From Phoronis australis (Eukaryota; Animalia; Phoronida): a stretch of DNA of 64,000 bases. Each line of letters opens with the position of its first letter. Position 1 is the stretch's first letter. The stretch is taken from contig NMRA01000226.1 in assembly GCA_002633005.1 (NCBI GenBank), positions 127,728 to 191,727 of the forward strand, written 5' to 3'. Positions 27,801 to 37,841 of this stretch are shown here, in pieces. The position numbers were made by a program, and so were the translations under genes. A model generated the notes under the pieces. The model had not been told where the DNA came from. It was given only the letters and a program-made list of their open reading frames with translations, and did no database searches.

Positions 27801-30800
27801 TGGTTTGTGTGTGTGAAAGAGTTTACAACACTGTTGAGTTTTCAAGCTGCTTAATATGTACCTGTCTTAGTCAATAGAACTAACTTTTGGTTTATATTGT
27901 GATGGTCTCATGTGGCCTATTTGGGTTCAAAGTAGTTTCTGGAGTTTGGAGGGAAATGGCAGTTTTTTGAATGAAGACCGTATCCTGTGCATAGCTTGGT
28001 TGTTGAGCCTCTGCCTGGTAGCATGAAACAGTCTTAGGGCTCGACTTAGTTCTCCAAATATTCTGCGCATTTATGTTTTTTTTTCACTTACAAAATGTCT
28101 TGTTTTTACATCACTACACTGATGATGAGCTGCCGGTTTTTTTTTTGTGTCTAATAATGCATTCTGAGAACTGAGTTGTTTTTAGTAAATCTGGAAACAT
28201 CCCTTGCTTCAATGAAATTAATAGGGTGTTAGTCTCAAAAGTATGGGCATTGCGTGAAAAAAGACCCCTTTTATTCTGAGTAATATTGAAAATTTAATGT
28301 AGAAATCACTCTTAGTGTGTTGATGCGTAAAGTTAGCAAATGAAGACAGTTGTAGGAAGTTCAATCAGTGATTTCTCAAGTTAGAATGAAGAGAAAAGTA
28401 ATAGTCGAGTCTCTATCTGGGACTGGTTCAGTGGTCTCTGAACAGCAACAGACTGTCGGTACCTCGCAAGCCCAGAGTTCCGTTTGCTCAGTAACAAATG
28501 ATTGGAGATCAATTTTTAATAATTTAATTTTTCAAAATTAGAGGTATATTGTTGATTTTTGTTGACAAAAAGATGGGTACGTTGCAGTTTTAAAAGAAAC
28601 TGCACATGTTATCGTTTGCTTCTAATAATGCATTCTGAAAACAGCCCTTATTTTAATGAAGTAAATAGGGTCTTAGTCTCTAAATTATAGACACTGCATG
28701 AAAAAGTCCCTTTTATGTTCAGTGATATTGGAAATTTAACGTAGAATTCACTCTTAGTGTGTCAAGTTTAGTAAATGAAGACAAGTTTCTGGAGTTGGGC
28801 CAGAAATGAAGTGAAAAGAAAACTTAGTTGAATCCCTATCTGTGACTGGTTCTTGCAACTGGTCAGGGGTCTCTGAGCAACAACAAACTGTCTGTACCTC
28901 GCAAGGCCAGGGTTCACCTTCTAAGCTGGGTAACAAGTGATTAGAGATCAATTTTTAATAAATAAAATATCTAAATTGTCAAAATCAGAGGTTATTGATT
29001 TTTGTTGACAAAAAGATGGGTACGTTGCAGTTTTAAAAGGAACAGCCGTATTTGGTGTTACCTTTTGGTAAAAATATTTGGTTATCTTGTGGAGACAATT
29101 TTTGCAAATTGATCTTTTTCATTGATAGTGGAAGCCACTTATTCATGTTATCGTTTGCTTCATAACTACATGTGCCATTGGTAAAGACTTTGAATTTCGA
29201 AAACAAACCATGTTCCACAAAGTTTTTACCTGTTTACTGACATGTTACCTAATTAGGGAGTGGTGAGCATAGTTTGTCGGGCACGATACGTCACTCTATA
29301 TTGTTCCTTGGTACCCACTAGCCAGGCAAAGTGTAATTAACATTGAACGACATGTTTTCAAGATAACCTGTTTTTACTAAACCTAGTATCAAAAACGGTT
29401 AATTTCCCCTGTTTAGATAGCAAAACTGATGACTGCTTCTCTTTCCTGTTACCTGTTCACTGTCTATGGGTTTTTGTTTTGCTGACCGATTTACACATTT
29501 TGCTTCTCATGCCCAAGGAACTATTTTCTTGTGATAACTTCATAGTTACGCTGTTTTTCAGCCCGTTAGCCAGGCTCCGCACGACCATGAGACAAAACAC
29601 TTCTCGCCTGTTCACATGTTCATTGAGAATTGTTTTTTGTATAATGGCTTAAGGTTGTGTGCAACTGTTACACTAGAAAAATGTCCAAATTTGTCTCATT
29701 TTGGAACATCATTACTCAGAAATAGCTGAGCGGGTTCATGAGATTCTTTTAGACTGTGCTTTATCCAATGTTTTCTATAGTCAGAACACTTAATTTTCAA
29801 AATGTTCCAATTTATAATGAAGGGCCTTCAGAAGTGGATCTGAACATTTCCATGTAAAGACTGAAAAACAAAAATGAAGTAACAAGTAATTTAGAAAACA
29901 GTAATTGAGCATTTTTGGTATTTTTAACTATTACCAAATTTATTGGCCATGTGTTTAGTCTATTATTTGCTATCGGTGTAACAGTTTCTGTTTTTGGTTG
30001 ATTTTCTTGAAAAGACATGGTAATGCGGTCCAATTAATGCTTGGTTCATGGTAAATAACAAAAAATCAAATTCTGCAGGTTTTCATGAACACCTTTTACT
30101 GATAAGTTAAATTCTACAACTTAGCAGAATATATAATGCTAACTGCCGAGACTTTCCTTTTGTGTCATGCAATCCATATCCTTAAGGGAACATGCTCACT
30201 GTTGGAACCAAAAAACATTTTAATTTGAGTTTGTTTTTTGTTTGATGGGATTGACTTCTTGGCAGCTTTGGCCAAAGCAAATCTTCAATTTTTAGCTTTC
30301 ACCATTAATTGTCAATCTTTCATTGAAATTGAGGCTTACACTGTGAAGTTCACTTAGCATACTTGTCTGCCATTTGACGAGAAGGGTGTAGCTCCACCTG
30401 CAGACCTTTGAACTTTGGCAGCTGAGGTTAGGAGGTCAATTTCGCAGTGGGGTAGATCTCTGAAAACAGCTTCTCTCATTGCTGATGTCACTTCAAGCAG
30501 TGAAAGAAGACCACTGTGTTGCATGTGAACAGGCTGTGAAAATATTTTAGTGTTAGACATTAGACCCATCTGTTCATTCTGTTGATTTTTAGGACTTTTC
30601 AAAATAAAGTGGACAGACTTCTCCAGAATTCAGTCAGGCTTCTAATCTTGGACAAACGTCCTGCCAGCATTATTTGGCAGTTAAGCTCAACTTTTTTGTC
30701 AAGTTTTAGTCAGAGTTGGATTTGACGTTGTTACCACTCGGCTCTTTGTTTATTCATTAATGGATTTGCAAGACAGGTCATCACGATTCTGGCAAATAGC

Positions 30801-33800
30801 GTGTAGCAACACCTGTCTAGATGTTTTTTCAAATTTTGCCAGAATTGAAATGGCGTTCAAGTTGAACAGAATTGGTTATTTATTTTGGGTTTTGTGCATT
30901 GGAACTTTGCCAAATTTTGAAGTTGTCTGGTTTATTTTGAAAACTACTTAATTCTTTTTTCCATTTTCAATTATTATGGTTTAGCGAGGTTTGCCTGTTA
31001 CTAGTGTTGTCTTAGTTGTCTGACTCTTGATAAATTACTTGACTTTTCATTAACATCTTTTGTTTTTGATGGTCCAGTTTGTCCTCTGGCAGTGAGTTAG
31101 CCATTGTGGAGATGGTCCCATTCAAACTCCTTCTCAACTTCTCGTGTTATACCCTACACTGTAGCAATACTTACTTTAAATTGCATTTTTCGTAATTAAG
31201 CTCCAGGTCTCGTCACATTGTTCAGAATGTTTCTGGATTGCAGTGAATTATTGAACAATATATATTGAGTATGTGGGTGCATGAACATGGGCGCAATTTG
31301 AATAAAATTACAAAAATGAAAATCCTATCTTGATTGTTTTGCTGTATTTAAATTGTGTTTAAATACCATAAGACCTGGGCACTTTGTCCAGTTCGTACAG
31401 TATTCTTGCCTGTCACGCTGCACAATTGCAGTGATTTCTGGACTGATTTGCCAGACCCCAAGAAATTTAAATGGAGCCCAAAAATTTTGGAAGTTGGTCC
31501 ACTGGGGCCCAGTCTTTTAAAATATTGCTCAAGCACTGCTTAGTTTGGAAGATTGTAGTCTTGTAATGTTCCGAGTAAGTACTAATTTCTGATCATTTGT
31601 TTCAGTCGCTGGATGGCTATATTGTCAACACGGTCTCCAACTCCGACTATGACTTCGCTCGGTCATCCTCAAACAGGGAACCCAGTGCCAACACTGCTGG
31701 AAAGGTCAGTGTTTGTTCTCAATGTTGCTATGAAAAATGCGTTCACATGGTCTCAATTTGTTCCCTGTTCATATGAGAAGTTTTTGTGGGCGTTGGGGAA
31801 GAATTGAGTTCTTTGTGCTTGTGACTTGGCTCGTTACAGACTTCATCCTGGCCAGTCATTTTATGCACCAAAAGAATTTTGTTCTGTCATTGAACAAGCC
31901 TGTGCACCCTGTTGAGATCGCCAACATACGTATTTCACTGAAGGAACAAATGTCGCGTTAGCGTTACGTTAAAATACATCTGTTCGTAAAGGAAGGAAAT
32001 GTAATCTGTAACGTCGTCGGTGTACGACGTATAAAAACCAGTTGAATGATATAAGAGTTATATTATTAAAGTATTCAGCATTAAAGCAAACGACATCCAA
32101 GTGACTAAAACACATGCAAGAAAACTATTTATACACGCTAAGGATATACGTCATAGTAACACGTCATAGTAACACGTCATAGTGACACGTGATTAACAGT
32201 CATACATTTAAGTGCTACCGGAACTATAAACATCTGGTAGAAATTCAATACATGACGTAATCTTCCGCGAGTTGGTTACCGTTTGTATTTATAGAGTGTC
32301 AGTCTTCACTGGTCGTACTTTCTAGAGAGGAAAATATTTGAAAAGGGTGAATTATTTTTGGTGGTCATAAAGTTAGAGTGGCTGTAATCTAGACAGATTT
32401 AATTTACCGTTTCTTGCCCTACTTTTGGTACGTAACGCTTCCTTAGCCCAGCAATCACTTCAAATCTTGTTATTAAGGAACAGGTCACGCAAGTTTTTTC
32501 ATAATTTTCTTTCAGTAGGCAGGTACAGCACTTGAAAGGATGTTGATTTTAGTCTGCCAGTCTGAACACAGTGACCTTTTTACAGAAATAACTTAATCTG
32601 ACCAGGTGATTTGTCTACTCACCTGTAAGAAATCTGTGTTGTGGACGTTATTGTTATTACCATGATTGAAGCTGTCCTTGAATGGATTTTTGTAGTGGTC
32701 TGCCCTGGTAATCCCATTAGTGGTCTGCCCAGGTATTCCCATAAGTTGTCTGCAAAGCCCATAAGCCCCAGAAGAAAACTTGATAATTATTCCAATGTGG
32801 ACTCATAAAGTGATTGGCTAATCTAGCAATTCAGCCCCCTATTTTGCATCACCAGGAGAACACAGAACAAAAAGCAGCGGGGTAAATGATGGTGTAACAA
32901 GTAGGGGTCTGAGTACAACGCTGTTTAAGGATTCTTGAAGTGACATAGCTGACTGGAGGTGTCGTTATTTCTCACCGCATGGCACTGGAGCTTGGGAGTG
33001 AGGCTCAAAATATACTATAATTAGCAAATCTACACGACTGTGTTACCATGATTAAAGATAGTTTTCAAGCCAACTAGGAATAGTGACTCAGAATAGGCCA
33101 GTTAAAAACACAATATAGAGGGCAAGTGGAACTTTTATTTTCTCGTTTTTTCATAAAACTAGGGTTACCGTTACCGTGGTACTTAGGAAATAATGATCTG
33201 ACACATTTAAGTTTTTTACCAATATTTTTGAAAAAATGTGCCCATTCTCAACAATTTTAATACCAGGAAAAATCAAAGAAGGGCAATTTTGTCAAGAATG
33301 ATTTTTGTAAAAATTGGTTATTTTTACCATACAATCAGTGTCTGAAAAATACCATTTGTTAGGGCTTGGGATTAAGAGGATTTCCTCTTTTTTGGTTTCG
33401 ATTTCCTCTTATTAGATTTCTGATTTCTTCTTTTTTCATCATTTTTTATGATTAGTATTTTACTTAAGTCATGGAAAAATATTTATTTTACTTAAATTTT
33501 ACAACACAAAAATATTTCTATCACACAAACCTATTCATTTGTGGAACGATCCATCACCTGGAAATTTTTCCTTTTTTTCGTCATTGGTCATTCCAAGCTC
33601 TGGTTTCCACTCCACACTAGTTCAGTGCAAATGATCTTGCATTTTTGCCAATTCTATGAAGTGCTATGCATCACTTAAGTTCGAGGGTTATTTCTACAAA
33701 TGTGCCCTCCTTATGTGAACTGTGTTATATATGGCCCAGTTACAGTTACAAATCAATCGAATCAGTCGTATTAATCAGACTGGACTGGATGTTTATCCAT

Positions 33801-34662
33801 TAGGTGGTTTACTGTCCAGTCTGTCACATTCATGCCTGTTGCTTCATTTCCAAGATCCAAACAAAACGTCACCATAATCAACGAGCTGAATGAGCAGTAT
33901 GTAATGCAGTTTATTGTCTGTTTGTCACAGGGAAGGCAAATTGCTTACCTTTCTCACTTGCGCTTTTATCAAGAAATTAATTTTCAAAACTTTGTAAATA
34001 GTGGATGGGCTTATAGCGGAATGACAATAAATGAAAACGTTGGAAACTCCGAAGTGGGTTTTATGCTGTCACTTGGACATGTGTGGTAAACTTAAACGTG
34101 TCTGTGTCATTTTTGTTCTTTTTTCCAGACAAAAGAAGAGATCCGTCTGCAGGTGGTGTCCGAGCCGTCCGGTAGTGGCCTGCAGTCGGTCAGTTCTGGT
34201 AGCGTGAACTACAGTAAACTGGCTGTAGCCAACGTGGCTGATGCCAGTCAAGAAGGTCATGCAGGTCAGGAAGGTCGCGTGGGTCATGTAGGTAACGGGT
34301 CAGTACTGCCATCTATAGGTGAAGTAGACGTCGAGTCCGGTGGGTCATCCGGAGGATATGAATACAAACAGCTCGCTATAAGGACTACACCTTTTACCAG
34401 GCCTGTTACCATGGATACAAGTGGGGGTAGTTATGGAGATAGCAGCGAAAGCTATCAACGAGTCTGCCATTTGGTGGGCTCCAGTGATCAGGGTATGGGT
34501 AGTAGTACCAGTGCAGGCTCATCGGAAGTGGACAGTTACAGTAAGATTGGCATGACTAATGGGGCTCTGAAGAATGGACTTGTTCACCCGTCATTTGACT
34601 CTCAGGGTGATGACTCCGAGCATGGAGACAGTGGGTCATCAGTTACTCCCATATTGGCCTGA
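631..34662 (+). CDS. Gene 1: gp130/LIFR/Domeless-like class I cytokine receptor, 5'-partial, 14 exons
   Basis: GT-AG exons with consistent phases and no stops: 631-818, 1677-1831, 3602-3764, 14255-14376, 15842-16058, 17191-17351, 17922-18087, 22300-22470, 22752-22904, 23907-23994, 26418-26478, 27731-27802, 31606-31704, 34129-34662 (TGA). Motifs: YNIRVNATNVFG and VKPNPVTNL (cf. gp130 VKPNPPHNL), RNGDITGY...YTVEIEAENAAG, YWFGV...SSPMVVSEC, YTIFYCP, a TM helix and a Tyr-rich tail. Confidence 0.85.
1677..1831 (+). CDS. Gene 1 exon: first half of domain D3 (FN3)
   Basis: ttacag|TT...ATG|gtatgt; VKPNPVTNLQIVNKGSRNVTLAFDLDSIVYTKPHRVDAHYTSKFHSGIVTKM. Confidence 0.9.
2690..2928. mobile_element. MITE
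   Basis: TIR GGGCTGGTTTTAT / ATAAAACAAGCCC. Confidence 0.5.
3602..3764 (+). CDS. Gene 1 exon: second half of D3 with degenerate WSXWS position (GFASNP)
   Basis: ttttcag|TTA...GACG|gttagt; LTIAVRHQTIDLCDLRPHMAYTVSVVLWPYNLDRQNVTGFASNPVSVEVTTLTD (FN3 L-x-P-x-x-x-Y pattern). Confidence 0.88.
8256..12000 (+). mobile_element. Cluster of nested/adjacent HINE-like elements with ~145-bp satellite (copies ~8281-9330, ~9548-12000, intact insert 10059-11149)
   Basis: 5' ATGCG(C/A)CCAC...GTGGA(C/T)GCAT inverted repeat, short GTCC repeats, internal tandem monomers, 3' subTIR + hairpin + CTTGTT, T-rich insertion sites, no TSD. Confidence 0.75.
8669..8970. repeat. Tandem repeat, ~102 bp x3
   Basis: ttgtttactagagcatttcat...gctcgatattacaattctctt three times. 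Confidence 0.95.
13067..14052. mobile_element. Non-autonomous TTAA-targeting DNA transposon (Kolobok-like)
   Basis: TTAA|AGAGGCATGGAAC...GTTCCAGGCCTCT|TTGA (13-bp TIR, 1 mismatch); internal sequence recurs inverted at ~43395-44040. Confidence 0.65.
14255..14376 (+). CDS. Gene 1 exon: first half of FN3 D4 with Cys-rich loop
   Basis: gttgtag|TT...CCA|gtaagt; VPETSPKLLPGSYTQTDCGMSCHSRCPVDPSLCREVRVFWP. Confidence 0.85.
14527..14682. mobile_element. MITE
   Basis: TIR GGCTCCGTTTTA / TGAAACGGATCC. Confidence 0.45.
15842..16058 (+). CDS. Gene 1 exon: second half of FN3 D4
   Basis: tgtatag|AAA...CAAG|gtattg; KVTEEDRNGDITGYHIRV...ETYTVEIEAENAAGLARTSSNITILSTDQ. Confidence 0.9.
16194..16718 (+). mobile_element. 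HINE-like element, same family
   Basis: ATGCGCCCA...TGGGTGCAT start; TGGGCGCAT...ttgctcttgtt end; 2-3 degenerate monomers. Confidence 0.75.
17191..17351 (+). CDS. Gene 1 exon: first half of FN3 D5
   Basis: gcaccag|GT...AAG|gtaggc; GVVAPAYVAAYRSLSESQTVLVKWSVDGYGGDDGEYIIYYSDSDIKDRWSKPK. Confidence 0.87.
17922..18087 (+). CDS. Gene 1 exon: second half of FN3 D5
   Basis: tttgtag|ACG...AACG|gtaggt; TDVFSMIVPGAVREENITLPSGHQPDDYWFGVTRVLRSGDSSPMVVSECVYKPDN, resembling the SSGMVW-x-x-C segment of arthropod Domeless. Confidence 0.87.
18737..22257. mobile_element. Tc1/mariner-type TIR pair (TA|CAGT...ACTG|TA): one old element with later insertions, or two fragments
   Basis: tacagtgcagccactcaattattagac... 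vs reverse complement tacagtacaaccactgaattaataagac..., ~65-bp imperfect match. Confidence 0.5.
19850..20852 (+). mobile_element. Second HINE-like family with AAGATGGCGG-bearing ~153-bp monomers
   Basis: TTTG microsatellite then degenerate tandem monomers; motif at 20161, 20312, 20467; boundaries approximate. Confidence 0.5.
22300..22470 (+). CDS. Gene 1 exon: first half of FN3 D6
   Basis: tatccag|GT...ACCG|gtacac; LVAPTLTKMSTYPDYTIGVNMKALRCDETNDVVVNYTIFYCPTDVTVGEVSEADCT. Confidence 0.85.
22752..22904 (+). CDS. Gene 1 exon: second half of FN3 D6
   Basis: attccag|GT...TCAG|gtctga; PKQSTTVNVTTTEVLITNGAVADQMYLVSATTQTPSARSEESQPIRVRVS. Confidence 0.85.
23907..23994 (+). CDS. Gene 1 exon: transmembrane helix
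   Basis: ttttcag|GA...CTCAG|gtaaga; GLTTGHITGIVIATVLFAFFIVVAIVICLR (absent from the ORF track). Confidence 0.9.
25723..26152. mobile_element. Degenerate Tc1/mariner-type MITE
   Basis: Right end GGAAAATTACGGTA; repeated ACGCCCATG subterminal motifs; left end degenerate. Confidence 0.4.
26418..26478 (+). CDS. Gene 1 exon: juxtamembrane, Box1-like segment
   Basis: ttcgcag|A...GAG|gtaagt; phase 2 matches the TM exon; KCCQTVKKELDDVKFEFPCE. Confidence 0.8.
27731..27802 (+). CDS. Gene 1 cytoplasmic exon
   Basis: ccttcatag|GTA...GTG|gtttgt; 72 nt, phase 0-0; VPLISPKTTGSTYYGKFTKPGQNV; weak donor. Confidence 0.6.
28150..29045. repeat. Diverged intronic tandem duplication (~450 bp x2)
   Basis: ctaataatgcattctga...gttgacaaaaagatgggtacgttgcagttttaaaag twice (from ~28150 and ~28621). 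Confidence 0.9.
31606..31704 (+). CDS. Gene 1 cytoplasmic exon
   Basis: gtttcag|TCG...AAG|gtcagt; 99 nt, phase 0-0; SLDGYIVNTVSNSDYDFARSSSNREPSANTAGK. Confidence 0.75.
34129..34662 (+). CDS. Gene 1 last coding exon: Ser/Gly-rich tail with Tyr motifs
   Basis: ttttccag|ACA AAA GAA... in frame with ORF 34153-34662; VNYSKL, YEYKQL, YQRV, YSKI; ends VTPILA*. Confidence 0.85.
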   Translation, partial: TKEEIRLQVVSEPSGSGLQSVSSGSVNYSKLAVANVADASQEGHAGQEGRVGHVGNGSVLPSIGEVDVESGGSSGGYEYKQLAIRTTPFTRPVTMDTSGGSYGDSSESYQRVCHLVGSSDQGMGSSTSAGSSEVDSYSKIGMTNGALKNGLVHPSFDSQGDDSEHGDSGSSVTPILA

Positions 34663-35185
34663 CCTGGCCATATTGTTGATGCAGTGTGCCAAATATGGTG
34701 ATGGTAATGTGATGTCCCCTGCCGAAGGCAATGGTAGACCTCACTCCTTGTGTGCCTTGTGTCCTTGTGACAGTATGAGAAATGCAGAAAAGAAGTCGAT
34801 ATGTAACAATCAATGTTGAATGGTTTTAAACGAAATCTGCATCAGACTTCATTCCGTGCTGTCTGTGACTGTGTTGTTTAAATTGTGGGATGTAATCGGA
34901 GTGTCTTGTGTGAATATTTATGAGCCACTTTGAACTGTCCTATTACTCAGTAATTCTGTCTTGTTAACATGGAATAATCTTAAAAATGCCTAGTAGGGTC
35001 TAAAGAAAACTTTGCCTTACTGTCCAAAGTGCAAAGGCCACTAGAATGAAAATAATTACTAAGGAGACTAAGATATTCAACAAAATGTGTGTTGGCCTAA
35101 TTTTATTGGTATTTGTACTGCATCACAGAAAAGGATGTTGTTTCTAGTAAGTTTCTAGTAAGTGCTAGCAAGGAATTCAATTTGT

Positions 35186-35260
35186 GATATCCCATGAGGC
35201 CACAGTAATCGATATCCCATAAGGCCACAGTAACTGATATCCCATAAGGCCACAGTAATT
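35186..35260. repeat. Minisatellite, 25 bp x3
   Basis: gatatcccataaggccacagtaa(t/c) repeats. Confidence 0.95.
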
Positions 35261-36902
35261 ATTACTTATTCATGAGCTTAGTGTTTAAAGCTGATAAGAT
35301 TTTGAGCACAATCTGATCTCATTTGAAGGAACACATAAGGTTTGATGGTAAGAAATTTGAGAAGACGAGGTTGAAGTTTTTATAAGAAAAGAGTACATTC
35401 AGGTGGTTTAATGTTTTGCAGTGCTTCTGTCACGTACAGGTCACATGGTTTCCCCATTTTTATGTAGTTCCTATCTTATTTGGGCTTTCACTGGTCACGT
35501 GCTTGATACTTCGTGGGCTGTGATCACAGGGATGATGTCAAGCCTGACATGGGGATTTGTTCGTCAGTTATTCCGTTCAGGGGGGTCCGTGCTTTTGTGG
35601 GGTCTGTTGCTGCTTCTCAGTTAATTCAAAATTATACACTGATTGCTTTGCCTTTATTGCATTACGGACTGTCAAAATTTCCTGTGTTGTGAAAAGATGG
35701 TCTCTAGAAAATTTTGAAGTAACAAGGGTTTTATAAATTCAAACATGGTTAATACTTAAAAATATTGTTTTTTTTGAAATGCCTACCTTTTAACTACTTT
35801 TTGTTCAAAATTATTGCGCTAACCGTATCAGTTCCTTCTCTCATACAGTCAACATTGCAGTTTGCATTTCACCAGTAAATACATGTAGTGTGGTTCCTGG
35901 GGAGAGGGAAGTCGATGTAATTTGGATAATGGGGACGTGTTCCTGAGATGGGTGCCATTTTTATGTAGATTTCGGTTATTTTTTCACCATTTTGGTGTAA
36001 GTTGTGATATGGATTTAAATTAAACATACAAATGTGAAGGGAGGTCACTATTTTTGTTTGATATAAGTCTCTCTCTATGACAATTCTCTGCATTGTATGA
36101 ATAGTGTGTGTTCTTAAAAAGTCACTAAACAGGAGAATGGGGCATGATGCTGGTAGACTTGTCCAAATAAGGCATCAAAATGTGTTTTAAGGCCTCTTTC
36201 AATAACTACAGAAATGGGGGCACAATTCTAGCTCTTGGTATGTTCATGGGTCTCATTTATTTTTCATTTTGTCTAGCCAGATGTAAATATCACCTCAAGT
36301 GTGGAAATCCAGGTACATCCCTCACCCTAGAAATGAGTACCTCCTGGTTAATTATTCATACTTTTTCACTCTCTGAACTGGCTGTCCTAATTTTTTCTTG
36401 TGTTTTGTGGAAAGTTGGGAACTGTGTGATGTCTTATTCCTGAAATGTTATGAAATTTTGTGTTTGTGATGCAACGGAATGGGTTTTGTATTTTATTTAT
36501 TGCTGCTACACCCCACCAAAAAGTGCTGAAAGGTTTAACACTTGGAAACTATGTGTCAAGTGCAGTGCTCGTTTGATCAAGTTCTCATGCTCAGTGCTGT
36601 CTTTATAGCTTTAGTGGGCTAGTGCCATGTGTTTGGTTTGGTGACCCACATTATGTTTTTGTAATAGGGTGTTGCAGTTGTTTATTTTTTTAAGTACATT
36701 TTTCACTTAATTTTGACAGGAGTCTGCGTTTTTACAAAAACATTCTGTTTTGATGTACATCGCTAACACCTAAATGGACTGTTCTCCTGTTGTTCCTTGC
36801 AAAGACTGGAACTTTCTGAGCCTGGGAAAACTGGCAGTTTGTTATCGCTAGAGGTCGCTGATGGTCGGTGTGTGAACTGGCCAAGCGGCCCGGTCAGCCA
36901 GT

Positions 36903-37065
36903 CAGGGTAGAGTTCAGTGGCGCTGGGATCTACGCTAGGACATCGTTAAGATCTTGCTCGAAATCACGTGTTCTCATTTAAAATACACGCCAATATCCCA
37001 GTTATCTGGCGGAATCTTGCTTTTTAGCTTTTAGCTACGTCCTAGCTTTACTGAACTCTACCCTG
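36903..37065. mobile_element. MITE with perfect 16-bp terminal inverted repeat
   Basis: CAGGGTAGAGTTCAGT ... ACTGAACTCTACCCTG. Confidence 0.8.
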
Positions 37066-37340
37066 GTCTTAGGCAACAACAGACTGTTAGTCTACCAAAA
37101 ATCACTTTTAATCTGAGAGAAGAAGTGACAAGTTGAGGGCAATTTCATAATCATATTTTAAAGTTGTCTAGATCAAAATTAGCTTTTTGATAGAACTCGG
37201 ATTTGTAGCATCTGTGACAGTCGTTGTGGTGTTTTGTGATGAAACTCATGCACTGAAATATAGAGATAAAGATGTATATTTCTTAATTTGCCTTATTTTC
37301 TAACATTCACTGGCTTCATAATGATTACTTATAATTGTTG

Positions 37341-37841
37341 TCACGTTAATGTTAACTCATCAGTCGTGTTGTCCACCTCTGCTGGGTCCCTACCTTCTAA
37401 TTCAAAAGCTATTAGTTCCAAAGACTTCCCGTTGGCCTCAGTTTTTGTGATGATGTCATCTAGAAATGATGTGACGTTGTCAATCATAGCTGGGGAGGGA
37501 CGGCCCACGTGAAATTTTAACGCTTCCAGCTCGTTCTTGGATCTTTTCAACTGGTTCACCAGCTCTAGCATATCCATGCCAACAGACAACGTCAGAGATT
37601 GTAACTTGTTCAAGTTACGATTAGATAAGTGAATTGCGTCTGTTAAAACACCGAATTCTTGAATAACGCCCTTCTGTAGACATGAATGACAATATCCTTT
37701 GTTTTCCTCGTGCCCACAGCTGCGCGTGTCCGAGTCGCTTGACAAGGGGTCTACAGTTAGGTGACGTCTTTGCACTCTAGTCGCGCCTGTTTTCATGAGA
37801 AGGAATGGATCGAGTTCAAATGTGTCGGTGGACACACACAA
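37341..37841 (-). CDS. Uncharacterised ORF (166 codons; ~151 aa from MKTGA) with Cys/His cluster and coiled-coil-like C-terminal half
   Basis: Long for this AT-rich DNA; CGHEENKGYCHSC; heptad-like LELVNQLKRSKNELEALK; no family recognised. Confidence 0.5.
   Translation of the reverse strand: MCVSTDTFELDPFLLMKTGATRVQRRHLTVDPLSSDSDTRSCGHEENKGYCHSCLQKGVIQEFGVLTDAIHLSNRNLNKLQSLTLSVGMDMLELVNQLKRSKNELEALKFHVGRPSPAMIDNVTSFLDDIITKTEANGKSLELIAFELEGRDPAEVDNTTDELTLT

Larger units (their letters stand above)
34663..37290 (+). other. Probable long 3' UTR of gene 1
   Basis: T-rich non-coding sequence after the stop; only variant poly(A) signals noticed (AATATA/GATAAA ~37257-37270); the end is inferred. 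Confidence 0.35.

Noticed and set aside
27990-28045. tRNA-like A/B box sequence
   Set aside because: No cloverleaf; at most a decayed SINE head.
35186-35260. Short regular repeats (also 32147-32190, 23030-23085, 32694-32745) as CRISPR-like arrays
   Set aside because: No unique spacers and a eukaryotic context; ordinary minisatellites.
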